64,000 nucleotides of DNA from the NCBI GenBank assembly GCA_002633005.1, contig NMRA01000462.1, forward strand, positions 165,594 to 229,593, written 5' to 3'. The translations under genes and the position numbers were made by a program. Shown here one piece after another: positions 22,766 through 36,120 of the stretch. Source of the stretch: Phoronis australis (taxonomy: Eukaryota; Animalia; Phoronida). The notes beneath the pieces were generated by a model. It saw only the letters and a program-made list of their open reading frames with translations. It had not been told where the DNA came from and made no database searches. The number at the start of each line of letters is the position of its first letter. The first letter of the stretch is position 1.

Positions 22766-24227
22766 CAGAAGTTAAGTTTAGATCACAGAATGCCGAGTTG
22801 TACAGAGGATTATATTAGATGGACACGCACTATTAGCAAACCATTGTGTGATATGACTGACCAGTTGACCAACAGTTTGACTGACGTTTCGGTTAAATGA
22901 CTGTGAAGGTCTTACTTAGGACAGTTTAAATGAGTGAAAAGCTACACAGAGAACGTGTTTGGTTGTAAGGCGTGTTGTCAGTGTGTTTACAGTTGGATAT
23001 GATGTATAGGACAATTGGCCTGTGCTGTGGTAATACTTGATCGTGTTACTTATAGTGTGCGGTTGTTTGGTGTGAGAGACCTCAGTGATTAATAAGAGAA
23101 ATTAACAGTTGTTAAGTTATTTGTTTTCAGATATATTTCTTTAAATATCACAACAAAGTTCAGTGAAACTGAAATTTTTTTATAAAATTCAAAACAGAGA
23201 CATAACAACACAAATTTGGGTTATTTTGAGAAGAGATATTAAATTGTATTTGGAATTGAAGGTAATTTCTGTCCAGTTCTGACTAAGACTTCATAAATGA
23301 TTCTGACTATGTCCTGTATACCAAGTTGAAACATTTAGAATAACCCTAATATTTACTTTCAAAAGACAACTGCGAATTATGTGAATTCGACACTATCGGT
23401 ATGAATGTTAATTTGGCTTTGTGAGTATTCACCAAATTTATCCAGTGACTGGTGGCCATGATCAATATTTATGGTGGATAGCAATCAGTAATATTAAGTT
23501 CAAATAACTTAACTTCGTTCAGTAACACTAACAACAATTGGACAGACTGAATGCAATAAATAACATGACTACATATATACATACACTCGCCTTCTGTCAG
23601 CGTCAAAATCATTAACTCATATAGCACTTTCAATTGTAATGGACTTTCACAAAGCGCTGCGTAGGCGTGTACTGGAAAGGGAACGGAGTTGGCACATGAG
23701 AAAGGACAGAGAGCAGGGTAGGACAAAGAACATTCAAGGTATTTTAGTAATTATACTAAAAACTTAATACGGTATATACAGTGCCTCCAAAAATGTTATC
23801 ACAATTCAAATGACAGTCTTGTAACGGTGCTGATTTCGGAATAAGATAAGTGCTTAAGAGGCATTATCTGAGAAAACCTGCAAAATTGCAAAATGTTGGC
23901 GGAGGCACTTTCATCAATTAAGTTGATACTTTGCACACCAATTTGTACTCACATATGAATAACTAAATCACGTCTGTTTTTTATCTGGAGTCATTCTATA
24001 AAAAAAAATAATAAATACCTTCCGTCGTGGTTTTTTCACACAGGACAAGAATGTCCAAAAAGACAAAAAGAATGCCAACACTCACAGAGCTGGAAGCCAG
24101 TTTGTGACTTTGAATGATCATAATTAGTGGAATTGAAGCCATTGCTGTGCTTGGGAATTGATTCCGTTGAGCATCTGTGTGAATTTGTATTTCATCTCGA
24201 CTTTTTGTTGACGCACTAAAATTGACC

Positions 24228-24756
24228 NNNNNNNNNNNNNNNNNNNNNNNNNNNNNNNNNNNNNNNNNNNNNNNNNNNNNNNNNNNNNNNNNNNNNNNNN
24301 NNNNNNNNNNNNNNNNNNNNNNNNNNNNNNNNNNNNNNNNNNNNNNNNNNNNNNNNNNNNNNNNNNNNNNNNNNNNNNNNNNNNNNNNNNNNNNNNNNNN
24401 NNNNNNNNNNNNNNNNNNNNNNNNNNNNNNNNNNNNNNNNNNNNNNNNNNNNNNNNNNNNNNNNNNNNNNNNNNNNNNNNNNNNNNNNNNNNNNNNNNNN
24501 NNNNNNNNNNNNNNNNNNNNNNNNNNNNNNNNNNNNNNNNNNNNNNNNNNNNNNNNNNNNNNNNNNNNNNNNNNNNNNNNNNNNNNNNNNNNNNNNNNNN
24601 NNNNNNNNNNNNNNNNNNNNNNNNNNNNNNNNNNNNNNNNNNNNNNNNNNNNNNNNNNNNNNNNNNNNNNNNNNNNNNNNNNNNNNNNNNNNNNNNNNNN
24701 NNNNNNNNNNNNNNNNNNNNNNNNNNNNNNNNNNNNNNNNNNNNNNNNNNNNNNNN
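24228..24756. other. Assembly gap (N run)
   Basis: Run of Ns. Confidence 0.99.
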
Positions 24757-25087
24757 AAGTTAATCGATGACCCGTTACAATAATTTGTTACTGGTATCAT
24801 AATTCACATTGCTAAACCGCGGTCTCTGAGGCCGTCGTTGCACTCAATGTTATCATCGATCTTAATCTAAAAGGTCGGGGATTCGCGTTTCCTATTAGCA
24901 CAGGGCGGTAATCACCAATCGTCAAAAGTAGGGGATGGGCGGTTAACCGAGCAGTGGGCGGTTAATTGGAAATCTTCAAAAATAGCAGGGGGGCGGTTAA
25001 CCGAGCAGTGGGCGGTTAAATCGAAATTCACCTAAAGTAGGGGGTGGGCGGTTAACTGAGCATGGGCGTTAACCCGAACGATTACGG
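24757..25087 (+). mobile_element. Right end of a second copy of the CCGTAAACG TIR element (family of 55428-57205)
   Basis: Colinear with ~56880-57205 and ends TTAACCCGAACGATTACGG|TA. Confidence 0.85.
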
Positions 25088-26667
25088 TACATACACTCGC
25101 CTTCTGTCAGCGTCAAAATCATTAACTCATATAGCACTTTCAATTGTAATGGACTTTCACAAAGCGCTGCGTAGGCGTGTACTGGAAAGGGAACGGAGTT
25201 GGCACATGAGAAAGGACAGAGAGCAAGGTAGGACAAAGAACATTCAAGGTATTTTAGTAATTATACTTAAAACTTAATACGGTATATACAGTGCCTCCAA
25301 AAATGTTATCACAATTCAAATGACAGTCTTGTAACGGTGCTGATTTCGGAATAAGATAAGTGCTTAAATTCATAAAGGAATGATCGAAGAAGGTACTATA
25401 TCTTTAAACCAATATAAATGCAATGTTTATTAAGTCAGGGAGATCAATTTTCTGCACTTCCTTGGTGTTTTTGAGCTTCCAGTAGCATAACCCAATATAC
25501 TTCCATTCTCCAATACTAAATTGTTTGATTGCCATTCCACCAGTGTATACAGAGCATGCGATGGGTCACGCGCACTCTCGCACAGAAAGTGAATTTCAAC
25601 TCCCACTGTAGTACGGACTGAGTACATTTTTGAGACACCCGTATAGTCAAATCGTGTTGTAACAACCTTGACCCCCGTTTTATCAACGATCACAAGTTCA
25701 GTTGTAGGCACGTTATTGCGAAGACGAAGGTGTATTCCTGCGAATGATCATCATTCTCATTTGAACTGAACCTCCACCTTTTTGAACAATGGTGATGAAA
25801 ATTTTGCTGATATACACAATATAATGCTCTTTGATAAAACCGATCTCTGGTCTGCAGCTTTTTCTTGCTTATACATTACAGTTCACAAATACACGCTAGC
25901 CGTACATAGTTTGATGTGCTAAGTGTGCTCTTCGGTTGCAACGAACTTAGAAAAGCCTGGGAGGGTTTGTACTCTGACTGTATAGATTTGAAGTCTCACA
26001 CATTGCTATTTAGGTCAAGTGGAAGTGACAAACTTCAAGTTGGAATACTGGTAAATCAAGTTACCAGTGATGAACCTTTCAATCAAAGCAATCGATGAAC
26101 GGCACAATTCTGACCATTGTTTTATTGTATTTAATAAGGAATCCTACCTCGATGTATTGAAAAAGAAAACTCCAAAAAGTTCCACACCAAAACATGAACC
26201 AAAACAGTGTTTATCAAAGACCATAACTGCACGGGGGTTTTAAAAACATTTGCACTTTCAAACATTGGGAGACTTGGTAAAATAGCAAGAACCTGTTCTG
26301 GAAGAAACCCAAATAGAACTTGGACAGGAACAGAGCACAGGCTGCCTGAGTACATCTGAACTCTTCCAGTAACAATACTCGTGATAAAAAAACTCTTTGA
26401 AGACATTCATACTACACACATGTAATTTTGCTTATTAAAACTCTCAAATGAGTCAATGACCCACGTTTACAAAACCACAAACTTTGTTGGAACGAGTGCA
26501 TTTCTGCAACTGGTTCATGAGGTGTTGCAAGAACGAATGACCAGATTTTCAAAGTAGCTGCTTGGACAGCCTACCAAGTAATGTTAGTGACGCCTGTCAG
26601 AAAGTCTTTCCTGAGAATACCTCTGCTGCAGTTAGGATTCTAATCATACTACCGTACTTGGAGTAAC

Positions 26668-27006
26668 ATTTCTAAAATCTGAATATCTATTCACACCAAC
26701 CTCTAGCCTATTTACACCAACCTCTAGCCTATTTACACTAACCTCTAGCCTATTTACACCAACCTCTAGCCTATTTACATTGGAACGACATTTCAATGTA
26801 CAGTAAAGGTCACTAGTTCAATCGCATCTTAAGCCAAGAAGAAAAGTGCTCGTCATTGACCGTCATGAGTGTAACCTACACCAATGCTCGTTCTTCTAAG
26901 AACGCTGTAAGACCTGAAGATGGCCGGAGGAGTGACTGATCAAAATACCGTGCCAATGTAAATCAGCTAGAGGTTGGTGTAAATAGACCAATAAATTTTA
27001 GAAATG
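26668..27006. mobile_element. MITE-like inverted-repeat element with 4 x 21-bp tandem units in its left arm
   Basis: catttctaaaat...(ACACCAACCTCTAGCCTATTT)x4...tacattgg versus ccaatgtaaatcagctagaggttggtgtaaatag...attttagaaatg. Confidence 0.6.
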
Positions 27007-28360
27007 ATGTATCCACATCACCACCTCAAAGTGGTGTTAGGAAGACACACTTACACTAATCACTGTAATAGCAGCAACAATTTTACAAAGCTTCAAGGTG
27101 CTTTGACCTGACACATGTAGTACGACCATAAATTTAAATAATATATAAGCTAGTAATCAATTGCACATAAACAGTACACTCCATACTTACAAATCAGCAG
27201 TTAAATATTATGAAAGGCTTTCGCAAACCAAAGCCTATTGAATACACAGAAGTTATTGTCATCTGATTGACGAGGTAAATTTTCAGAAGTATATATGTCT
27301 TGGAAATCTATAAATTGGTTTCATATTTGCCACTGCCAAGCTTTTAAATTCCAAAACTGAAAGTTGGAAGTCTTCAACTACAATACCAATCCCCCTGTGC
27401 AATCACCCATCCCCATATTCCTTCAGTCATCACTGCCCCGGAATTTGGGAGAATGTGACAGCTTTCTGCCAAGATTCATCAACTTTTCAGAAAATTGGGG
27501 AAATTTAGTCACCTTTCATTTATTCTGAGGCCGAATAAACATATCTGATGTTGCACTTAAATTCGAAGGATTGGCAACCAAGCAGGTTATTTCAGTGTGT
27601 ACCGTTAACTCCTATCTACATGTATATGTACAGAAAATTTTAATGTTCTCCAGCGAATTTCTAACATTACATGAAATTCAAACCTAAAAAAGTATTTGGA
27701 TGGTGCTTCCCGAACAGGTGGGACAGGTATCGCCGAAATTACTTGGGAAAACATAGTTCATAGTTTTACTACAGAAAGCAATAATACAAGCAATGCACTC
27801 TACAAGGAATAACAAAAAATAACAATAACAATCGAAAATATTATTTAGCCTCTTTTAAAAATACAAACTTTGAATTAAAAGTTACTTTGATAAAACTCCA
27901 AAATAACTACTATTCTTCAGCAAAATATTTCATTCAATGCTGTCAACGTAAAGACGGTGATGTTTACGCTCAGGTCTCTGCGTCTCACAGAGTAACATCT
28001 GGGGGTCCTCCCATAACACAACACAAAGGGATTTTCCACAAAACAAGGGTAAGTTTTGAGTCAAAAAGTACGCTTGACCCATTTCTGGTAAACTAGCTTG
28101 ACACTAGAGTGTATTTTGCAAAAAAGTTACAATCAAAATTTCCTGCAAAACACAGAAGCTTAAATATTTTTCTAACAATTGGTGGGGAAATTATTGTCAA
28201 AAAGAGTACAGTACGAACGGATTGCACATCTGAAACTGGGTCACGTAACACTCAGAAATGACAAAAACAATCACTATCGGTACCGAACAATGACCCAATA
28301 ACAACAAAGCTGTGACTTCGTCACTATCAGCCAAGACAGCAATGAAAGGAAACGTTTCGC

Positions 28361-28461
28361 TCAGTCAAACCCTTGCCAGTCACTGTGATCAGATTCATCT
28401 TCTGGATCAATCCCTGTGCAATGTATTCCTGACCGCAGAGACGGTGTGCCTTTTCCTTTTC
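28361..28461 (-). CDS. ADISSP: ADISSP/C20orf27 (UPF0687) homolog, exon 5 of 5
   Basis: ctttttcag|(G)KGKGTPSLRSGIHCTGIDPEDESDHSDWQGFD*, matching human HGTPMLLDGVKCVG...SEHSDWHGFD. Confidence 0.92.
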
Positions 28462-29172
28462 CTGAAAAAGACCTGATACCATGACAACAGCCAATGTACG
28501 GTTGCGTAGTGAAACCAAGACACTAGCGACACACTTGCGGTGGTTAGAATTCTTTGCTTATGCAATAGAAACCACAAGTTTTCTCCTAATATTCAACATT
28601 CTAGCCTTGCCAACCAATCGCTTCAGTGGTGGTCATTTTGAAAGTGTATGGTAGCAAAGTCTCGAGCCTACCCGCCAATCACCAGCCCATCATTCGCGTG
28701 ATTTTGTGTTGTTTCGGTTGATTTTGGTTTTCTCAGAACATGCTCTATGGATTGCACAACAGAATGACAAAGAATTACAATTTTTGTAATGTCAGAGTCC
28801 TTATGGTTGTTCTAGTAACATCAGTCTAGGGGTGCCAACTTTTACATACAGGCATCTCTCACGTACTAATAATACATGCCTTCCTGCCACTGTAGGACAG
28901 ATTCCTTCTCGTATCATACTCCTTAGTTATTGTTAGCCATTGCACAATCACATTAAAACCCCACTCTAACGTCATGCTTTGTGACCCCCTGTAAGGATAG
29001 TTATCCATTTTCCATTTGACTGGATATTTGTAGATATCCACATAACGTTTTGTGTTTGCTTAAAAACAGTTCCATTCTGTTACAAATGTGCAAACCAGCG
29101 ACAAGTGTGAATCTCAAGAAATGATTCTTTTCCTGGCAACCAATGCTTGCTAAGAAACCACAGAAAACCTAC

Positions 29173-29301
29173 CTAATACCCTTGCATGTATAACAAGTTT
29201 AATGCGATGACCCGGCGACCTTGCACTTTCTATTATTATTTCTTCCTTCATGAGCTTTTCCTTGTGTGCTGAGAGATCTAATACCACATCATGTCCTTGT
29301 C
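29173..29301 (-). CDS. ADISSP: ADISSP/C20orf27 homolog, exon 4 of 5
   Basis: ttttaag|(G)QGHDVVLDLSAHKEKLMKEEIIIESARSPGHRIKLVIHARVL-G|gtaggt, matching human SAHKEGVLKEEI...VQARVM. Confidence 0.9.
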
Positions 29302-31299
29302 CTTAAAACAATGACAATTTATTAAAATTGCATTTGTTGTCACACCATAGTTGGAAAATTCTATGCCTTGATTTATAATGCGGTTATTCAGTAAATCCAA
29401 GCCCCTACGTCAGAAGTTACGTGTTTCTTGAAAAATATTTCATATACATCACATGTTGGTCATATCAGGTGACGTTCAGTTAAGTCTAAAAAGATCTCTG
29501 TCCCACCTGGTCACGTGATTTAACCAACATATGGTGAGTGTAAACACTATTAATTCTTGCATATACAATATCAACACTGTTGATTTATAACAACACAACT
29601 AGTATTTTTTCCTACGCCTAACTAAAATGCAATTGTACCAAATTGCGGATTTATGCACAGCTTCACATATAGGCGCATACACAGTACTGTTCTAAACTTG
29701 GTTTCATTGTAAGCATTGCCATTATAACCTCCAAACAAATACTGATAGAGTGCTGATGATGCTACAAAATCTGTCACCAAATTCGGAAAAAATAATTACC
29801 ATCGTTCATTGTTTTTCATTTTTCACAATTGTACTCAATATCATAAAACATCCCTAAACATGACCTGATGGAAGCAATTTTGGTAAAGACCTTAAAAATG
29901 ACACAGTATGTTTGGTGCTACATATCTTTTAAGAAAAAAATACGTCTGCTATAAGGTGTAGCGCATGTTTTAAAAACTTATTCCATGTACTGAACAGCTG
30001 AAATGAAGAAAGGGGAGCATTTCAAGTGTCTACACACCCGCCCTGGGTCACAAAACATAATGTTTTATTTAGAACACTCACCCTTATGAAACTGGTCTCA
30101 AATTGTTTCCAAGTCAAAATATGTGTGATTTTTGGGCTTAGAAAGAGCCGATAATTCCTTACAGCTTGAGACAAGGCTTGTTGACTTGTCACAGCGTGAC
30201 ACTTAACATGCCAAGCACGGTCTCAAGGAATAACAAACAGTGAGTTCTTTGCAAGAACCATTTGAGTTGGGTACAAGCTAAGACGAATTTAGTTCCTTCC
30301 ACAGAACACTCATTTACTGCAGCTCAAATACCGTAACGATGTTGTTTTACACTTAAAGTGAAAGCTTAATTTGAGACTGACACGAGCCAATTAGATTACA
30401 AGAACACTCACATTAACAGGATGCATTAAGATGTCAGCCAATATTACAGGAATATTCGATTTATTGCTGGTAATGCTTTTGCCAACTGTCACAGACTGCT
30501 AGCAACAACATGAATATGAACACTGCCACAAGGCAGTAGAAAGAGAAGAGGTTCATTTCAGCAATCATTTTAAAGTCAATTAATCAAAACAACAGAATGA
30601 CAATTTTCTAAAAAAAGTACACTAGCAACCTTTTGTGCAACACTACAATTTTGTAATGCCTTTGAACACTGTTATTGTTGAATTACAAATCACAGTGGTA
30701 TTTACATAATAAACAATTAGATGTTCATCGAATTTGTGCAAAATGTTCCTTTAATGTTGTTGAGCAGTCCAGGTTATGCATGCGTACTATTGCGTTGCCA
30801 TGCAAACAAAAATTAATGTGAAGTCCTGTTGACCTGTTCCTGACCTAGGCAAATGGCAAAACAATTATCATTTATAGTGTTTTCCAATACACGATTGCCT
30901 GTCACTGTAAAAAACCAATTTTACAAAGGATTTGAGAATTTACCAAAAATAGCTACATATTTCCTTTCTGTGATATGCATGCAGCACTATATTATACAAA
31001 ATACAAACTCTCCACAGTTCTACAAATTACATGAATTTATCTTCAAAATTATATAGTACAAACCCATGAGAACAGAAAAACAAACCAATAGTACCACTAT
31101 GACATTTTTCTCGATGATTAATTTTTACCTACTATCGCAGTAAATCTGCATGACCATTGCCTAAACCTACTTTATTTGTACTACTGAAAGTTTTTCTCGA
31201 AGTTAAACACCTGCCACTCATACAAACGCCAAAATGCCTCAGGGGTAAAATCTCCAATTCCAGGGATTTCATTTACTAAATTTTCCCTTTATTAGCGGT

Positions 31300-32032
31300 G
31301 CAGCTGTCATTTTACAGATGCATTGTGGGATGCTTGTCATTTTGTAAACATCCAGGGACATCATTACAGACACCTTGGATCTAGATGATGAGAATTAACT
31401 TTATCAGACAGTGTGGTCAAATGGCGCATCCTTCGACAACCCTTCGTGCAACGGACTTGATAATTTATGTTCACTTTCACATTTTTCATATTTCTATGAT
31501 GGTGGTTCAGTTATTCTCACACAAAAAGCATGTTGCAGCAGACCCATTCTTTCAATAAATTTGCCCTTGATTACACGGCAAAACCACAATGCCGCAATAT
31601 CCGTCAGACACTTTTGTAGTCTCACAGGATTACGCTATTGGAGTGCCACATGTTCTTCGTTGTTGTTGTATTCATTATAAGTTTTAATTGGCTGAATTTC
31701 TCTATTTGTCCTCTAAGTGCCAAGATACCCTTTCAATTCAGGTACTTTTGATCAGCTAAAATCGGGAATATTTCCTTGTCCATACACTTCAAAGTTTCCG
31801 GCATGACCTGAGAAAATGTGCCTGATATTCTAAAATGAGGTACCGGCTTTCTTATCTCTGGGACAACGGAGAGTTTTGTCACAGCATTATCCAAGACGGC
31901 TCTATCTGATGCTCTCAACTGACAAGCGTTGGTTTTCCATCATACTGTTTACACATCACCAAGTTATCTATGATGTCACCAGATGTTTACTAGCTGAAAA
32001 CCTTCCCACAATGCAATTGAAAAATGACAGCA
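31300..32032. mobile_element. Old inverted-repeat element in ADISSP intron 3
   Basis: gctgtcatttt.ca..tgcattgtggga... versus ...tcccacaatgcaattgaaaaatgacagc. Contains a degenerate SAP-like peptide KVPELKGYLALRG on the minus strand. Confidence 0.45.
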
Positions 32033-32665
32033 TCTGCCAAAGATAAAAGCCCCACGGTTTCAGACATAAGCAAAATTGATAGTTTTACACTTTTCTAACA
32101 GTGTTGTAGCGAATTCCCACAATACATATAAGAACATTGTCTTACGGTACTTATAGTTCAGAACCATATAACATTTATTTGGTATTTCTCATATTTTCTT
32201 CCAGATTGCCTCCCTTTTGCATCAAGACTACCTTCCAAAGGGTGCTTCTCATCTCCTAATAGTCAGTTTCTACTGAATTTTTGTTCACTTCCTTTCCACA
32301 ACTAACATTTTAAAAACTTCGTCCATTACAGACAACCCTTTACATTCCCGTGCACCCAAGAACAATAGGTAATCATATAATTATTTTGCAAAGAAGTAAT
32401 TTCTAAAATTAACACTTTTCTATGTATCAAAGGCTAATTACCTAGTTGCACATAATGGCAGCTTATAGTAAATATTATTTGATGACATTTACAGAGCACA
32501 AATTAAGCTAACAATTAATAAGCTGAAAATTTTCAATCTTCATTTTTGTTGAGAAACTCAATGAAATAAAATTTCACTTGTCTGTTATATGGTGTGCCAA
32601 ATAAGCAAAAAATTACTGTACTAGAGTGTAGCTGAGGACATGCACAGCCTAGGGAGTCAACTCAC

Positions 32666-32806
32666 CATCCTCCGAGGGTTGAATTTCGTAGACTTTACAA
32701 AACAAGTTCTGCAGGGGGTCCACGACCACGTCCTCTCCCATGTCGTCTTTTATAGTAAAGGCCACTTGATAGTGATGATGGAACTGCAGGAATCCAAGAT
32801 GGACAC
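32666..32806 (-). CDS. ADISSP: ADISSP/C20orf27 homolog, exon 3 of 5
   Basis: acacag|(G)VHLGFLQFHHHYQVAFTIKDDMGEDVVVDPLQNLFCKVYEIQPSED-G|gtgagt, matching human VKVGFLKILHRYEITFTL. Confidence 0.9.
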
Positions 32807-34065
32807 CTGTGTCAGGGATAGTAAACTACAGTTAATGTCATTGTCAGTTTCTGAGAAGAAACTTAAAGCTGATGCGAACTGGCCTTTTGTCAAAACATCA
32901 CTTATGATTTTGACTACTTGTACAAATAAAATTGGACACCTGTTGCTCCGTACAGGAAGCATTTTTTGGGATTGGGTAAGAACTGATTGTTTAATATTGT
33001 TCAAGACCAGGCTCAATGATTTGGCTTAACCCAAAGAGTATTTTATGTACTGAGCATTGGATCAAGCATTGACTCAAGCATTGACTCGAGCAATAAAATA
33101 ATGACAGTTCTTTTCAAGCCCTGGAATCACTTTTAGCCAAAGTGACAGGCAAACAGAGACGAGTTTTATAATCCTTAAGCTGTCTACGGTGAAAGGTTGA
33201 TTTTTGTGTGAAAGACGGGCTCATAGCAGCTTTAATATCAGGTTCAAAACAAAAAATTTTAAACCACAAAAGCAACATGGGTTTCCTAGTAATGAATACA
33301 ACTTCGCACGATTTTTAGAAAAGTAATTTTTATACATCGTTACTAATGTTACAAGGCATCAAATTTTAATTAGACCATTACCCACTCAAAATTTGTTTCT
33401 CTTGCAAATTCAGAGCTTCCTCAGAACAGACAATTTAATGCTATGAAGGACTAAATTAACAAATTTGACCAGGGTATAGATTTTGTACTTACAAGGCATG
33501 ATGGCTGCATGTTTTCAAATTAAGAAATAGCCACAGAGATTTACTGCCACATGATCCACAATGTATTGTAGCTTTAATTAAGTTAAAGATACTTTTTTAC
33601 AATGAGCCATAATACCAGAAATAAATTTTGCTAGGAAAAAGTTTTATATTGGGACACAAATTTGCCGAGATTCTGAGTTCCACTAAATTTCGCTGGGTTA
33701 ATAATGATAAAAATTATTCATGAGCTAGGCGCTCTGTTGACTCAATTAATATTCAGATCGTTATCTATATCATAAAACCACTGGTGCTGGCGGTGCATGC
33801 GTTGCACGGCACTGACTGTGAGTGTCAGTGTCTGCCAACAGGGGGCGACATAACTTACTGCATATTTATGGAAACTTTGGTTACCCAGGCAACCGTTTAT
33901 GATATTAATCCTACATTTTTTACTAAAATATTTCTGGGATTTCAAAACACATGGAAATGGCACTGTTGCTAATATATGATTTTGCTTTTGGATGAATCAC
34001 CAATTTCATGTTTATTGAGCTGCATGTGCACAAACGAGATTTCAGCTTTCTTTTCTAACACAAAC

Positions 34066-34161
34066 CTAATTTGTCATCTCCTTCGGGGCGAATGACTATT
34101 TCAGAGTTATGCATTGCCACCTGCTCAGCTGAGAAATGCACATGGTCTTTCCCGTCAACGT
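34066..34161 (-). CDS. ADISSP: ADISSP/C20orf27 homolog, exon 2 of 5
   Basis: attttcag|(H)VDGKDHVHFSAEQVAMHNSEIVIRPEGDDKL-G|gtttgt, matching human SHVHFDEKLHDSVVMV. Confidence 0.88.
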
Positions 34162-34532
34162 CTGAAAATCAAAAGCGCTCAATATTATGTCAAGGTTTAG
34201 AAGCGCAAAAACATTTACAAATGCAGACTGTAACGCTAGTACGGTAATGTACACTGATTTTACACTTTGAGGATTGATCAGGGGTATTGTAACAACAGTG
34301 CTGGAGATTTTGTCAAGGAAGAAATTCTAGTTGTAAGTTCCAGCCCATGGTCATGTACTTGATAGGTCCGTGTTCATCTTAATATGTATCAGGAGAATCG
34401 TTAAGATTCTGAGAGACTGTTAGATTTCTAGATCAGTTACATAAACTTGGCGACTGTTTGATTTTTCAAAACAAGATGTAGAGAAAACTAATTTTTTTCA
34501 AACAAGTTTTTGGCAATTAAGACTCTAGCAGT

Positions 34533-34604
34533 GTGCCCCAGTGGGACTCAAACCCACAACCTTGAGTAAAAGAAGCGCACGCTTATCCCACTAGACCACA
34601 GTGC
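34533..34604 (-). pseudogene. tRNA-like pseudogene or SINE head in ADISSP intron 1
   Basis: GCACTGTGGTCTAGTGGGATAAG...GTGGGTTTGAGTCCCAC has A and B boxes and a T-arm, but poor acceptor and anticodon stems. Confidence 0.55.
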
Positions 34605-35230
34605 GTTTTTGATGGCTACCAAAAATAGGACTTATACAATCTTTGTAAAAAATCAAAGGTTGAGTGACATGAAAGCGAAATGATAATTTAGAATTACTGT
34701 GATGATTTTTTTTGAGATATCATCTTGAACATTATAATTCATATGAAATTTGGTCATGCATACCCGTCAAAAATAAAATTACACAGGCTTTCTACTTTCA
34801 GAAAATACGCGCTGTCAGAATTAAAATGTATAGTTTTGTAGATATTTGGCTTTAATACACAAATTTAAATGTTAATTAAGACCAACATAATCTTTACGAC
34901 ATCAACAGACTCCAGCTGCTGGAAGTATGACGTCATATCCCTTCGCGTGCGCTGTGTAAAAATGACTACTTTCTGACTTTGGGAACTAAACAAAGGACTG
35001 CTCGAAAAAAAGTTCGATAACGGGAGTACTTCTTCGAGTTGGAAGGAATTAAAGACATCGACAGCCGCCTAAGGGCCCTAAGACTAAGTGTCCCTCTTGG
35101 CTAATGGCCCTCTCAGTCTAAGGCGCTAGTTACAACATGACTTTAATCAGTGTGAACTTTTACTAACTAACCTGCGAACAAAATTTTTCAAGTCATAATT
35201 CATAGCTCAGCAGGTAATAACAACACTCAC

Positions 35231-35264
35231 GCATATCTTCGTCTCGCTCATCAACAGCCTGCAT
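35231..35264 (-). CDS. ADISSP: ADISSP/C20orf27 homolog, coding exon 1 of 5; spliced CDS 501 nt, 166 aa
   Basis: Acceptor gtctttag at 35280-35279, then MQAVDERDEDM-C|gtgagt. Phase 1 fits exon 2. Confidence 0.7.
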
Positions 35265-35369
35265 ATTGTTACGCAAATCTAAAGACAAATGCAACAAAAC
35301 AAATCCACTTAATCAGTTAATTTGATGGTAACTTGTAAAGCTCAGGTTAAGTTCAAATGTTTATCTTAT

Positions 35370-35410
35370 TTGGCCGCACAGCGTCGCTCAAATTCAACTT
35401 CCGGTATTTT
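35370..35410 (-). promoter_or_regulatory. Probable ADISSP promoter with ETS motif
   Basis: CCGGAAGT (35404-35397) in a CpG-containing patch ~130 bp upstream of the ATG. Confidence 0.35.
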
Positions 35411-35977
35411 AGATCATTTTAATTGACGTTTTTATTGAAAATTTAAAATAAAATAAGAATTTAAATTGTTTTGGTTATTATGACAGGGTGTATTGTTTTA
35501 TAATTTAATAATTGAAACCATTACATTTGCTAGAAATTGCATCTAAGCAAAGAAGATCCTCTATATGTCTTTCTTTTATTGGTATTATTGACCTGTTTAA
35601 TGGCTTTTAAAGTTTTCACATGTTGAACAAGAGTCTGAGTCAAAACACGCCAATAAAACGAGAAATAACGGATCGAGACACTCCACAAGATGCAGCACGA
35701 CGATGTAAGTTGAAATTTTGTAATATAGAGAACCAGAAACATTTTGTTCTGTTTTCCAGTCAAGTCAGTGTCATTTTGACTGTCTACGTACTAGAAAAAT
35801 CGGCACTGCACACTGTCGCGTGAAATACTGTACCCATGAAATAGTGTACACTTGTTCACAGTGCTACGGAAGGTATCGAATGTTGTTTAACATGACTTGG
35901 TCAAAGTAATGAAGCCAACGTCATAACATTCCGTCATTCCTACTCGCATTGCCATTGCTTGAAATCTGGGAAACCTG

Positions 35978-36120
35978 TGGTAATAGCCGGGAATCATACC
36001 ACTGACACCGATTTAACCGGCGAGAGTGCTAACCATTCAGCTAATAGGCAATTGCTTGTTATCAAGTGGCTAACAGAGGCACGTATATGATTTACCGGAA
36101 GCTTGTTTCATAACATTCCC
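35978..36120 (-). repeat. tRNA-derived SINE-like unit; second copy 36340-36451 continuing at 37131-37165
   Basis: Minus strand TAGCTGAATGGTTAGCAC...GGTATGATTCCCGGCTATTACCA shows A and B boxes. The two diverged copies lie ~360 bp apart. Confidence 0.55.

Noticed and set aside
24216-24800. Long poly-X ORFs
   Set aside because: They span the assembly gap.
25430-25711. 93-aa minus-strand ORF
   Set aside because: No ATG start, no motif I recognise and no partner exons found.
34533-34604. Functional tRNA gene
   Set aside because: Acceptor and anticodon stems do not pair well; kept only as a pseudogene or SINE head.
35689-35709. Possible first exon ATG CAG CAC GAC GAT|gtaagt of a gene divergent from ADISSP
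   Set aside because: No downstream exons could be linked into a recognisable protein; a candidate exon at ~49460-49555 is also unassignable.
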